A DNA stretch of 64,000 nt from an uncultured delta proteobacterium (GTDB lineage Bacteria; Desulfobacterota; Syntrophobacteria; Syntrophobacterales; Syntrophobacteraceae): positions 25,899-89,898 of the forward strand of contig CAVUGX010000043.1 in assembly GCA_963741035.1 (NCBI GenBank), written 5' to 3'. Position 1 is the stretch's first letter; every line of letters starts with the position of its first letter. Below are positions 1 through 7,670 of the stretch, piece by piece. Below the pieces are notes generated by a model. It searched no databases, was not told the DNA's origin, and saw only the letters and a list, made by a program, of their open reading frames with translations. The position numbers and the translations under genes were made by a program.

Positions 1-1
1 C

Positions 2-712
2 CTTTTCGGTGAGATGAAGTGCCCTCAGCAGGATGACTTTCTCGCGGTCCTGGATGCCCTTGCCGAAGCTGACGCATACGTGGTCGCCGCTCCTGCCTAT
101 CTTCTGTCGGCAAACGGGAGCCTTAAGAAATTCATGGACCGTGGGCTTCAATTCTATGCATTTGTCGACCGGCTATGGGGCAAGCCTGCCGTGGGGGTGG
201 CAATTGCCGGGATCGAAGGTATGGAGGGGAGCACCAAGCGCGACGTGGAGAGCTTTATAAAGCTGACAATGGGCGATCTGCGCGGGTCGGCCGTGATTTA
301 CGGGGCGCTTCCCGGCGAGGCTCTGCTCTCTTCGGCAAACAGGGAACTGGCTGAAAAGCTCGCCAAAGCCATATTGGACCCTGCCGAACGAATCAGCCCC
401 GCCGTTTCGGTTTGCCCGCTCTGCGGCAGCGACACGTTCAGGTTCTTGCCGGACGGGCGCGCCAGATGCATGCTATGCTCAGCTTCCGGCCCCTGGGAAT
501 GGGAAAACGGATCGTTGCGGTTTGACTTAAATGCCGGGGGACATCCGCTTTTTCTCTGCAAGGATGACGTAATCCGTCATGCAGAGTGGCTCCGGGGAAT
601 GAAGGAAAAATTCATCGAACGAAAAAAAGAGTTGAAGGGGGTCGTCAAACAATATCTTGGGGTGGGGACATATATCGGTGGGAAGCAGAGAGCGGTGAGC
701 AGCGAGCAGTGA
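2..712 (+). CDS. NAD(P)H-dependent FMN reductase / iron-sulfur flavoprotein-like protein, 5-prime partial (frame open to the window edge)
   Basis: The ORF track gives 14..712, but the frame has no stop back to nt 2. The sequence KCPQQDDF...ADAYVVAAPAYLLSANGSLKKFMDR matches the flavodoxin-like FMN reductase core. The C-terminal CPLCGS...CMLCS looks like a zinc ribbon. The stop codon lies inside a GTGAGCA heptamer run. Confidence 0.6.
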   Translation, partial: LFGEMKCPQQDDFLAVLDALAEADAYVVAAPAYLLSANGSLKKFMDRGLQFYAFVDRLWGKPAVGVAIAGIEGMEGSTKRDVESFIKLTMGDLRGSAVIYGALPGEALLSSANRELAEKLAKAILDPAERISPAVSVCPLCGSDTFRFLPDGRARCMLCSASGPWEWENGSLRFDLNAGGHPLFLCKDDVIRHAEWLRGMKEKFIERKKELKGVVKQYLGVGTYIGGKQRAVSSEQ

Positions 713-714
713 GG
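678..714. repeat. Heptamer-type repeat (GGGAAGCAG...GCGGTGAGCAGCGAGCAGTGAGG), minus-orientation member of the TTCACTA/CTCACTG family
   Basis: It resembles the reverse complement of 3773-3840 (gggaagcaggaagcag...ggcggtgagcagtgaatc). It contains the stop codon of the flavoprotein ORF, which ends ...SSEQ. Confidence 0.5.
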
Positions 715-944
715 TACGCGATTGTCAAACCCCATCTTCCTGCCGTTTTCCATGTGCGCCATGATCTCCTCAAAAACTGAAGAGGAGGTCAGTTATGGAA
801 GGGAGAAAGGCTCCCGAACTTGCTGAAAAGTGCCGGCTCCGGCAAGCTCGGTTGGACGAGTGTAAAAGCAGCGGCCCCAACCAAGCCGGATATTGCCGTC
901 TTCACAACCTCGATTCAAGAAATTTGCAGTACTGGATGATTTTA

Positions 945-1015
945 ACAGTTTTGATCTTTACAGATATCGCCACCGATTAAACCTCCTGGAAAGTCGGCTT
1001 TGCCCGAACGCTCAC
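945..1015 (+). mobile_element. Solo IS66-family terminal sequence remnant
   Basis: The sequence acagttttgat...gccaccgattaaacctcctggaaagtcggctttgcccgaacgctcac aligns with 3683-3746. It ends in the reverse complement of the IS66-type terminus GTAAGCGTTCGGGCAAAGCC (here GTGAGCG...). No transposase ORF is adjacent. Confidence 0.45.
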
Positions 1016-1185
1016 AATTGCAAAGAATGCTGGTGTCCCTGCGTCCACCAAAAAAAGGTTTCAGGTTATTCGAATAAGAATCCGATACTTACCAAAGCAG
1101 CGGTTAACCAAAGGTGGTTTTCGGCGGCCGCATGCATCGTGGGACATTAGTAACTTTGACTGTGAGGGATGGTGGAGGATCAGGA

Positions 1186-1665
1186 ATGAAGTGGAGAATA
1201 TTTTTCCTTAGTATTTTGGTCTTGGCGGCTGTGACAACGACAGATGTCGGTACCGTTGGCGCAGGGGAGAAGGCATATGTAGGCACATCAAAATGCAAAG
1301 AGTGCCACGAAGAAATCTATAAGAATTTTTGTTCAACCGCACGCAAGGCAAGCTCTTTCGCAAGCGTGCGGATTATGAGCGAGCAGCTTACCGAGGCAGA
1401 GCTTAAGGAATGTTACGGTTGCCACACTACCGGTTACGGTAAGCCTGGTGGTTTTATAAGCGTCGAAAAGACCCCCGACCTTGCCAATGCAGGTTGTGAA
1501 GTGTGTCACGGGCCAGGGAGTGAGCACGTCGAATCTGGAGGCGATCCCGGACTCATCATCGGGAAGGGGAAAATCTCACTGAAAGAAAACTGTGGACTCT
1601 GCCACAATTCTCAACGCGTCGGGACCTTCGGTTATCGTCCCGTTCTCCATTCCGGCGCTCATTAG
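1186..1665 (+). CDS. Secreted multiheme (4 x CxxCH) c-type cytochrome
   Basis: The start was moved to the ATG at 1186, preceded by GGAGGA. The signal-like N-terminus is MKWRIFFLSILVLAAV. The heme motifs are CKECH, CYGCH, CEVCH and CGLCH. Confidence 0.8.
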   Translation: MKWRIFFLSILVLAAVTTTDVGTVGAGEKAYVGTSKCKECHEEIYKNFCSTARKASSFASVRIMSEQLTEAELKECYGCHTTGYGKPGGFISVEKTPDLANAGCEVCHGPGSEHVESGGDPGLIIGKGKISLKENCGLCHNSQRVGTFGYRPVLHSGAH

Positions 1666-1675
1666 AGGAGGCAAA

Positions 1676-3319
1676 ATGAGAGTTTCGATGCAGTCGGGAA
1701 GAGGCAAGCTCTATTTATATATTTGGATCTCTACAATCATGCTGCTTGCCTTCAGTGTACTTATCGGAGCAATTCTATCTCGACAGTATAACAGATTGTT
1801 CAACGACGTAGAAACTCAAGCTATCGGCAGAACAAATACAATTTACGCAGTCATTAAAGAGTCAATGGAACAAGGGCGTGATACATCAACACGTAGTCTG
1901 ATTGAAGATTTCGGAAAAAATTATAAGGATGCGGATTTTCATCTCGTAAACTGGAGAGGGAAAATAACTTATTCGACCAATAAAAAAGCCGAGAAGCTTA
2001 TGATCGCTCATTTGGGCGCGCAGGATCTTTTGAACTTCGGATTGGAGCTCAAAAACGATGCTGAAAATATCCTTTATGAAAATCCAGAAGTAAAAAAAGT
2101 GGTCAGCGGCGCTCTCAAAAATGAGCTGCCGGGAGAAGGTGAAGGGAAGTTTTTCAAAGTGAACGGCGATTGGTCTTATGTGAGAATCACCACGATTTTA
2201 AACAGGGCGGATTGTCAACATTGCCATGGACATCAGAAACAGGTTATCGGTGCTTCAGTTCTGGTTCAAAGCTGCGCAAGCTTTTTCCGGGGGTTTTATC
2301 AGGATGCTTTTGTCATCGCCGGTATTTGCGGGATCACGATGGCGGTCATCTTGTTCGCCCTCCGGATTGTGATCGCCAGATATGTCATTCGGCCAATCGG
2401 ATTAATCGCCCAAAGGGTTGGAGAATCCTCGGATCTGGTCGCTTCGGCATCCGGGCAGATTGCATCGGCCAGCCAAGTTCTGGCCGAAGGGTCTTCCGAG
2501 CAGGCGGCCGCGATTCAGGAAACATCTTCGGCCCTTGAAGAAATGTCTTCCATGACCAAGCAGAATGCGGATAATGCCAATCAGGCCAACACGCTAATGA
2601 TGCGAACCGCCCAGGTGGTTTCAACGGCCAATCAGTCGATGGAGAGACTCACTGCCTCCATGCTCGAAACTTCCAGGGCGAGTGAACAAACCTCAAAGAT
2701 CGTCAAAACGATTGACGATATTGCATTCCAGACAAATCTGCTGGCGCTCAATGCCGCCGTGGAAGCAGCACGGGCAGGCGTGGCGGGAGCAGGATTCGCG
2801 GTTGTCGCTGACGAGGTTAGAAACCTGGCAATGAGAGCTGCTGAAGCTGCAAAAAATACCACCGCCCTTATCGAAGGTACAGTCAAGAAAATCAAGGAAG
2901 GCTCGGAACTGGTGGAAAAGACCGGTAACGAGTTTCGAAAGGTGGCGCTAAGCGTCGAAAGATCCAGTGAGTTAGTCGGCGAAATCTCTGTCGCCTCCCA
3001 GGAGCAAGCTCACGGTATAGAGCAGGTGAACATTGCTGTGAGCGAGATGGATAACGTTGTCCAGCAAAATGTCGCCTACGCCGAAGAATCGGCTTCGGCC
3101 TCTGAGGAAATGAACACACAAGCCTTTCAAATGAAGGAATATGTGGGCGACCTAAAATCTCTGGTCAATGGCTCAAAAGGCCATGAGGTTGTGAAAAGCA
3201 CTGCATCGAGGGACAGCGAAATATTGGAAAATAAAACTGACAGGAATCCACCAGGAATTTTCAAAGGGCATCAGACCAAGAGGAATGGTCATTCCTCGAA
3301 GGTGACGGAAGGGCCCTAG
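1676..3319 (+). CDS. Methyl-accepting chemotaxis protein with a periplasmic c-type heme (CxxCH) sensor domain
   Basis: The ATG at 1676 follows GAGGAG. There are two TM segments. CQHCH at 2213-2227 sits just before TM2. The canonical MCP signalling core is present (IAFQTNLLALNAAVEAARAGVAGAGFAVVADEVRNLA). Confidence 0.85.
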   Translation: MRVSMQSGRGKLYLYIWISTIMLLAFSVLIGAILSRQYNRLFNDVETQAIGRTNTIYAVIKESMEQGRDTSTRSLIEDFGKNYKDADFHLVNWRGKITYSTNKKAEKLMIAHLGAQDLLNFGLELKNDAENILYENPEVKKVVSGALKNELPGEGEGKFFKVNGDWSYVRITTILNRADCQHCHGHQKQVIGASVLVQSCASFFRGFYQDAFVIAGICGITMAVILFALRIVIARYVIRPIGLIAQRVGESSDLVASASGQIASASQVLAEGSSEQAAAIQETSSALEEMSSMTKQNADNANQANTLMMRTAQVVSTANQSMERLTASMLETSRASEQTSKIVKTIDDIAFQTNLLALNAAVEAARAGVAGAGFAVVADEVRNLAMRAAEAAKNTTALIEGTVKKIKEGSELVEKTGNEFRKVALSVERSSELVGEISVASQEQAHGIEQVNIAVSEMDNVVQQNVAYAEESASASEEMNTQAFQMKEYVGDLKSLVNGSKGHEVVKSTASRDSEILENKTDRNPPGIFKGHQTKRNGHSSKVTEGP

Positions 3320-3339
3320 CCCCGCCTTAGCCCAGTTCC

Positions 3340-3746
3340 AGAAGGGAGAAACGCGACCTGCGCAGGGAACAAGCCGTGCCGGTCCTCCAGGAATTTAAAG
3401 CCTGGATGGACAAACGCGCCTTAGCCGGACGCCGCCCGAGGGGTTGCTCGGCCAGGCAGCGTTAATGCCGCGGCCACCCTCTACAGCCTCATTGAAACGG
3501 ACAAAGTCTGCGGACTTGAGGCCTACCGGTATCTGCGGTTTTTGTTCGAAAAAATTCCCTACGCTCAAACCGGACAGGACTACAAATCCCTGTTACCCCA
3601 GAGTCCGACTCCCGGGCGCCTCTCACTGTTTATGGCCGGCCAACAGTCGCCGGCACAGCCGAACAGCCTCCACAAGGTTCTGACAGTTTTGATGACATTG
3701 CCACCGATTCAACCTTCTGAAAAGTTGGCTTTGCCCGAACGCTTAC
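3340..3746 (+). mobile_element. IS66-family transposase C-terminal remnant plus right terminal sequence (degraded, internally deleted)
   Basis: Translated fragments PVLQEFKAWMDKRAL and ATLYSLIETDKVCGLEAYRYLRFLFEKIPYAQTGQDYKSLLPQ match the conserved IS66 TnpC C-terminus. They lie in different frames with stops. The element ends ggctttgcccgaacgcttac, the reverse complement of the GTAAGCG IS66 terminus. Confidence 0.65.
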
Positions 3747-3772
3747 ATAGATCCCAGTGCAACGTCTTTATG

Positions 3773-3840
3773 ATTCACTGCTCACCGCCCTCCGCTTTTT
3801 CTGCTTCCTGCTTCCCGCATTTTCTGCTCACTGTTCACTG
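3773..3840. repeat. Heptamer-family repeat (ccgctttttctgcttcctgc...ttctgctcactgttcactg)
   Basis: It shares the CGCTTT-CTGCTTTTTCT-(G/A)(C/T)TCACT(G/A)TTCACT pattern with 4291-4330 and 6395-6427. It overlaps the 3-prime end of the DUF4124-like gene. Confidence 0.55.
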
Positions 3841-4277
3841 TCTTGTCCCTTGAATTTGCTTTTTTCTTTTTCAATCTCTTGCAGCTTTTGTATGGCGTAA
3901 TTGTACGCAAAGGGGTTTTTGGCGCCGTCACGTAAATTTTGGAAATTTTTCTCTTCGGCTTTGAGCTTTTCGTATTCCTCTTTCTTCTTGTTTACCTGAG
4001 CCTGCTTTTGGTTTTTTTCTAAGTCTTCGGCCTCTTTAGCCTTTTCTTCTTCCTGGGAACGGTAGAAGCTATCGTCTTTTTCAGCGCCCTCCCTTTGAGG
4101 TGTCGCGTATTTCATTTCCTGCACATTTTCTGTGCCCGAGGGTTTTTGATCGCTGATGTGGGGGTTTCCCTCCTCATCCGTCCAGATATAGGCGGATTTT
4201 TGCCCCATCAGCGCACAAGCACAAATCAGAATACCTAAGAGGAGAATTATCTTCTTAATGGACCTGCCCCTTTGCAC
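3828..4277 (-). CDS. DUF4124-like lipoprotein with a Lys/Glu-rich coiled tail
   Basis: A lipobox-like LLGILICAC is followed by YIWTDEEGNPHISDQKP, typical of the DUF4124 N-terminal motif. The protein ends ...QDSEQ inside a heptamer repeat. Confidence 0.6.
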   Translation of the reverse strand: MQRGRSIKKIILLLGILICACALMGQKSAYIWTDEEGNPHISDQKPSGTENVQEMKYATPQREGAEKDDSFYRSQEEEKAKEAEDLEKNQKQAQVNKKKEEYEKLKAEEKNFQNLRDGAKNPFAYNYAIQKLQEIEKEKSKFKGQDSEQ

Positions 4278-4290
4278 GGTTCGCCACTCT

Positions 4291-4330
4291 CCGCTTTGTC
4301 CCTGCTTTTTCTATTCACTATTCACTATTC
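4291..4330. repeat. Heptamer array (ccgctttgtccctgctttttc TATTCAC TATTCAC TATTC)
   Basis: This is a tandem 7-nt period. It contains the pilT-like stop codon (protein ends ...YQNSE). It is a direct repeat of 3773-3840, on the other side of the DUF4124 gene. Confidence 0.6.
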
Positions 4331-5586
4331 TGATAGATGCCGGATTTATTTATTTTGTTGACGACTTCTTCGAGACTTGTGGGTTCCTCGATTACATGTT
4401 CCTTTAATCGCCTTGAGGGTTCGCTGTCGAGGGTCTCGACGGCAATGCCGTCGATAGCTTCGTCCGCTTCCTGCAGCTCAGGAGGACATTGCTCAGGGAA
4501 ACCCCGCTGGGCGCCCGCGTCGACAAGGGGAGAATAATAAGGCGCCTCCCGGACCGATTCGGGTGTGGGCCGGAAAACATCCGCCGGGGAAGCAAAGGAG
4601 GTCAGCCTGTCGATATAATCTTTTACATATCCCTCCGTTGTAAACATCCCGTCGCTCCTCCCGGTCTGGATCGCGCTTTCGATCTGGGCGAGCTTGTTTT
4701 CACGGATCAAATTGCGAATGGCGGAAGTGCCCTTCATTATGGAGAGCAGCGGGACTCTGAAACCCGCCCTCTGATGGAATTCAAGCCGCTGGACCAAGAG
4801 CCAGGTCAAGGTCGAGGCAAGCTGAGTCCGGACTGCCTCCTGCGCTTCGGGCGGAAAGGAGTTGAAAATCCGGTAGAGGGCATCTTCCGAGTTGCTCGCG
4901 TGGAGTGAAGCTATGACGAGATGGCCCGATTCGGCGGCGTTCAGGGCAAGTCTCATTGTCTTGGTCTCCCGAAGCTCGCCGACAACTATGACATCGGGGT
5001 CTTCTCTCAATACGTCGATCAGCCCCTGTTCAAACGACGGCATATGCGTACCGAGTTCCCGCTGTTCTACAAAGGACATGGCCGAACTGAACCGGTACTC
5101 GATGGGGTCTTCCAGTGTTACTACATGTACCGTCTTCTCCCTGTTGATTTCATCTACTATGGCTGCAATCGTGGTCGTCTTTCCCGAGCCCGTGGCGCCG
5201 CAAACCAGCACTAACCCGGCGCGCACCCCGGCTATCTGCTGTATTGACGGGTGAAGATTGATGCCGGGAATACTGGGTATCGTGCCGGGCAAGATCCTGA
5301 CCGCGATGCTGAGTCCGCGGATAGTGTTGAAGACATTTATGCGGAGCCGTACGTGGCTGACCGACATGGCAAGATCGACCGACGACCGGCGCCTTAGTAT
5401 CTTCAACTGCCAGGGTGTCAGGAGGCCGCTCACCAGGCGGTCGACCTGCTCGTGCGACCACCTGATGCCTCTCTCAAAACTAACGAGTCCATGTTTTCGA
5501 AAAACAACGGGGTGGCCGCCGGTTATGTGCACGTCGGAGTATCCTTCGCCAACGGCGGTGAGCATCAGGTTGTCAAATCGTTCCAT
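4318..5586 (-). CDS. pilT: Type IV pilus retraction ATPase, PilT/PilU family, with a ~70 aa C-terminal extension
   Basis: Walker A is GATGSGKTTT, Walker B is DVIVVGELR, and the His box is AESGHLVIASLHA. Confidence 0.85.
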   Translation of the reverse strand: MERFDNLMLTAVGEGYSDVHITGGHPVVFRKHGLVSFERGIRWSHEQVDRLVSGLLTPWQLKILRRRSSVDLAMSVSHVRLRINVFNTIRGLSIAVRILPGTIPSIPGINLHPSIQQIAGVRAGLVLVCGATGSGKTTTIAAIVDEINREKTVHVVTLEDPIEYRFSSAMSFVEQRELGTHMPSFEQGLIDVLREDPDVIVVGELRETKTMRLALNAAESGHLVIASLHASNSEDALYRIFNSFPPEAQEAVRTQLASTLTWLLVQRLEFHQRAGFRVPLLSIMKGTSAIRNLIRENKLAQIESAIQTGRSDGMFTTEGYVKDYIDRLTSFASPADVFRPTPESVREAPYYSPLVDAGAQRGFPEQCPPELQEADEAIDGIAVETLDSEPSRRLKEHVIEEPTSLEEVVNKINKSGIYQNSE

Positions 5587-5615
5587 TTAGATTGTTCCAG
5601 TCTGCGGGTTTGATT

Positions 5616-5646
5616 CAGTGAGCAGTGGAAATTTTACTGCTCACTG
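5616..5646. repeat. Perfect 10-bp inverted repeat hairpin built from the CTCACTG heptamer (cagtgagcag-N11-ctgctcactg)
   Basis: Read directly from the sequence, 30 nt upstream of the pilT-like start codon. Confidence 0.6.
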
Positions 5647-5710
5647 CCCTGATACCGTCCAGGTTACCATCATAGCGTGTCACAAAGTACGGGTGTGAAA
5701 TAATCGGCGC

Positions 5711-5795
5711 TTCATGCGTGATTGCCGGCGGAACGTTTGTGTCAAATTGTTATTGCCACTGTTACCCGTTGCATCAAAATTCAATACGGAGTCAC
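5711..5795. repeat. Copy A of an ~85 nt direct repeat
   Basis: The sequence ttcatgcgtgattgccggcggaacgtttgtgtcaaattgttattgccactgttaccc... aligns by hand at roughly 75 percent with 6211-6295. Confidence 0.5.
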
Positions 5796-6210
5796 TATTT
5801 AACTTCGGAATTTTTCAATAATAAATTAAATATTAGTCATTAGCCGGTGAAAACCATCTTCCAAGAATCAGAGAAGCCGAGCCCGGCCGCGATGAGCGTG
5901 CCTTCCATTTTAAACTCTGCCCCCTGTGCCGGTAGCTTGCCGGAGAATCAGCATCAGTGTCCAGTTTATGCTGATGTACGCCTCGCAACAAGTTGAGATC
6001 AAGACCGGGTATAAACCCAGCCCCCACAGCATTGTCGCGCTGCTACATTCGCAGGGGAGGGCTGACATCCCGGAGCACCATACTTGCGCGCAACGTGGGT
6101 GCGCGACAGGGAAACAGCCGAGGCCTCGCTGCTTCAGATGACGTTCGTGAAGTTCGGGCAAATGTCTTGTCGGACCGCTTGAGTCATAGCAATCCTTGCA
6201 GGTTTGGTGT

Positions 6211-6295
6211 TTCATGAGCGATCGCCAGCGGAACGCCTCGCGTCAAATTATTATTACCATATTACCTATCGTGTCAAACTTCGATACAGTTCATG
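6211..6295. repeat. Copy B of an ~85 nt direct repeat
   Basis: The sequence is ttcatgagcgatcgccagcggaacgcctcgcgtcaaattattattaccatattacc... On the minus strand it carries TTGACA-N16/17-AATAAT, a promoter-like pattern. Confidence 0.5.
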
Positions 6296-6394
6296 TGCGT
6301 CAAGGACACCCTGTAACCATGAAAAGACCCGTAAAACCTGTAGGGTAAGCGGGAGCGCAGCCCGCCAAAACTTTTCGGAAAAGAATTAACAACA

Positions 6395-6500
6395 CGCTTT
6401 GTTCCTGCTTTTTCTGCTCACTGTTCCTCGCGAAGCGATAGAACCAAAAGGAATTATTTTCTTTTGCTTTTTCTATTCACTATTCACTGCTCACTATTGA
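6395..6500 (+). repeat. Composite repeat holding two heptamer-family units and an ~85 nt element shared with 18745-18832
   Basis: The segment 6414-6500 reads ctgctcactgttcctcgcgaagcgatagaaccaaaaggaattattttcttttgctttttctattcactattcac. It matches the reverse complement of 18745-18832 at roughly 88 percent by hand alignment. Confidence 0.7.
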
Positions 6501-6729
6501 CTATTTAAATGGTAAAGAGTCAGTTCCATTTTTCCGATTAAATACTCAAAGTTGGTAGCCGGCATGGTGCTGTTTTTCGTCGAGCTTCTTTGAAACCAAC
6601 GCCGGGATTGATAAGAGGTTTAGTGGAAAGGACAGGAGTTGCTCACCCCCCTGGAAACCGGCGCTGGTCGAGAATAAGGATGTTATTTTTGAACTGCCGG
6701 TATTGGGCGTTGAGGCAAAGGTATAGGGC

Positions 6730-7212
6730 ATGAAATTATCGAAGAAAGATTCGCCTGGTTTTACCATGATCGAAGTCATAGCGGTGCTCGTGATCCTGGG
6801 CATAATTTCCGCCGTTGTGATAGCCAAAGTATCCTCCGTCATCGCCCAATACAACCTGGATTCCGAGGCGGACGTCATAAAGGGACATCTTCGTTACGCC
6901 CAGGCGCTATCCATGAATAGTACCGTGAATTGGGGGATAACCTTTTCGAGTGGAAGTTACACCATTTTCACCAATCCAAGCTCTACCGTAGCGCTGCCTG
7001 GAACAAGTAATACCGCCGCCCTCGCCACTGCGAACTTACCATCAGGGATGACAATCTCAACCGGAACGGTTTCCTTTGACTCCTGGGGGACGCCTTATAC
7101 GGACATTCACGCTACCAGTTTGCAAACGGGTGGACCGCAATCCTACACTTTATCCCTGGGGAACAATTCGGTGGCCATTCTAATCTGGGACGACACCGGG
7201 CTTATTCCATGA
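6730..7212 (+). CDS. Prepilin-type N-terminal cleavage/methylation domain protein (minor pilin, GspH/FimT-like)
   Basis: The class III signal is KKDSPGFTMIEVIAVLVILGIISAVV. It is the first gene of a four-gene pseudopilin operon. Confidence 0.8.
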   Translation: MKLSKKDSPGFTMIEVIAVLVILGIISAVVIAKVSSVIAQYNLDSEADVIKGHLRYAQALSMNSTVNWGITFSSGSYTIFTNPSSTVALPGTSNTAALATANLPSGMTISTGTVSFDSWGTPYTDIHATSLQTGGPQSYTLSLGNNSVAILIWDDTGLIP

Positions 7213-7664
7213 AGACACCATACCCATCGAAATGCAGATCACTCGGTTTTACTCTTATAGAGGTGATAGTAACGATTGTAATTGCCGCTGTCATGGCGCA
7301 TATGCTCTTCACATTGTCTTTTACATTTCTTAAGATGAGCGCTAATCAGGTTAGCGCTATCCAAAACAATATGGCCTTTTTTCAGGTAATGGAAAATATG
7401 GTTGCAGATTATAAAGCTAAAATGTCTTCCACTACCGATACCAGTCCATTATCAACTTTTAGTACAAGTGTTACGGCTAATGCTACAACAACATATTATG
7501 GACAAACCTACACTCTTGTCAATAACACTCCGTGTTATGCTACATACAATGGAAGTGGGGCTGAAACATCGTGCGTAAGTTCTCCTGTTCCTGCACCTCC
7601 GAGCACACTCAAGATCCAGATTTCAAATGGGACTATGACTCTGACATCACTTTTCACGCAATGA
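7209..7664 (+). CDS. Prepilin-type minor pilin (PilV/MshO-like)
   Basis: It carries GFTLIEVIVTIVIAAVM. An ATGA start/stop overlap with the upstream gene indicates translational coupling. Confidence 0.75.
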   Translation: MKTPYPSKCRSLGFTLIEVIVTIVIAAVMAHMLFTLSFTFLKMSANQVSAIQNNMAFFQVMENMVADYKAKMSSTTDTSPLSTFSTSVTANATTTYYGQTYTLVNNTPCYATYNGSGAETSCVSSPVPAPPSTLKIQISNGTMTLTSLFTQ

Positions 7665-7670
7665 TTTTAC

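Noticed and set aside
5833-6215. Intact outer-membrane beta-barrel gene
   Set aside because: Beta-barrel-like peptide fragments are distributed over three frames with stops. No single frame is intact, so it is reported only as a possible decayed gene.
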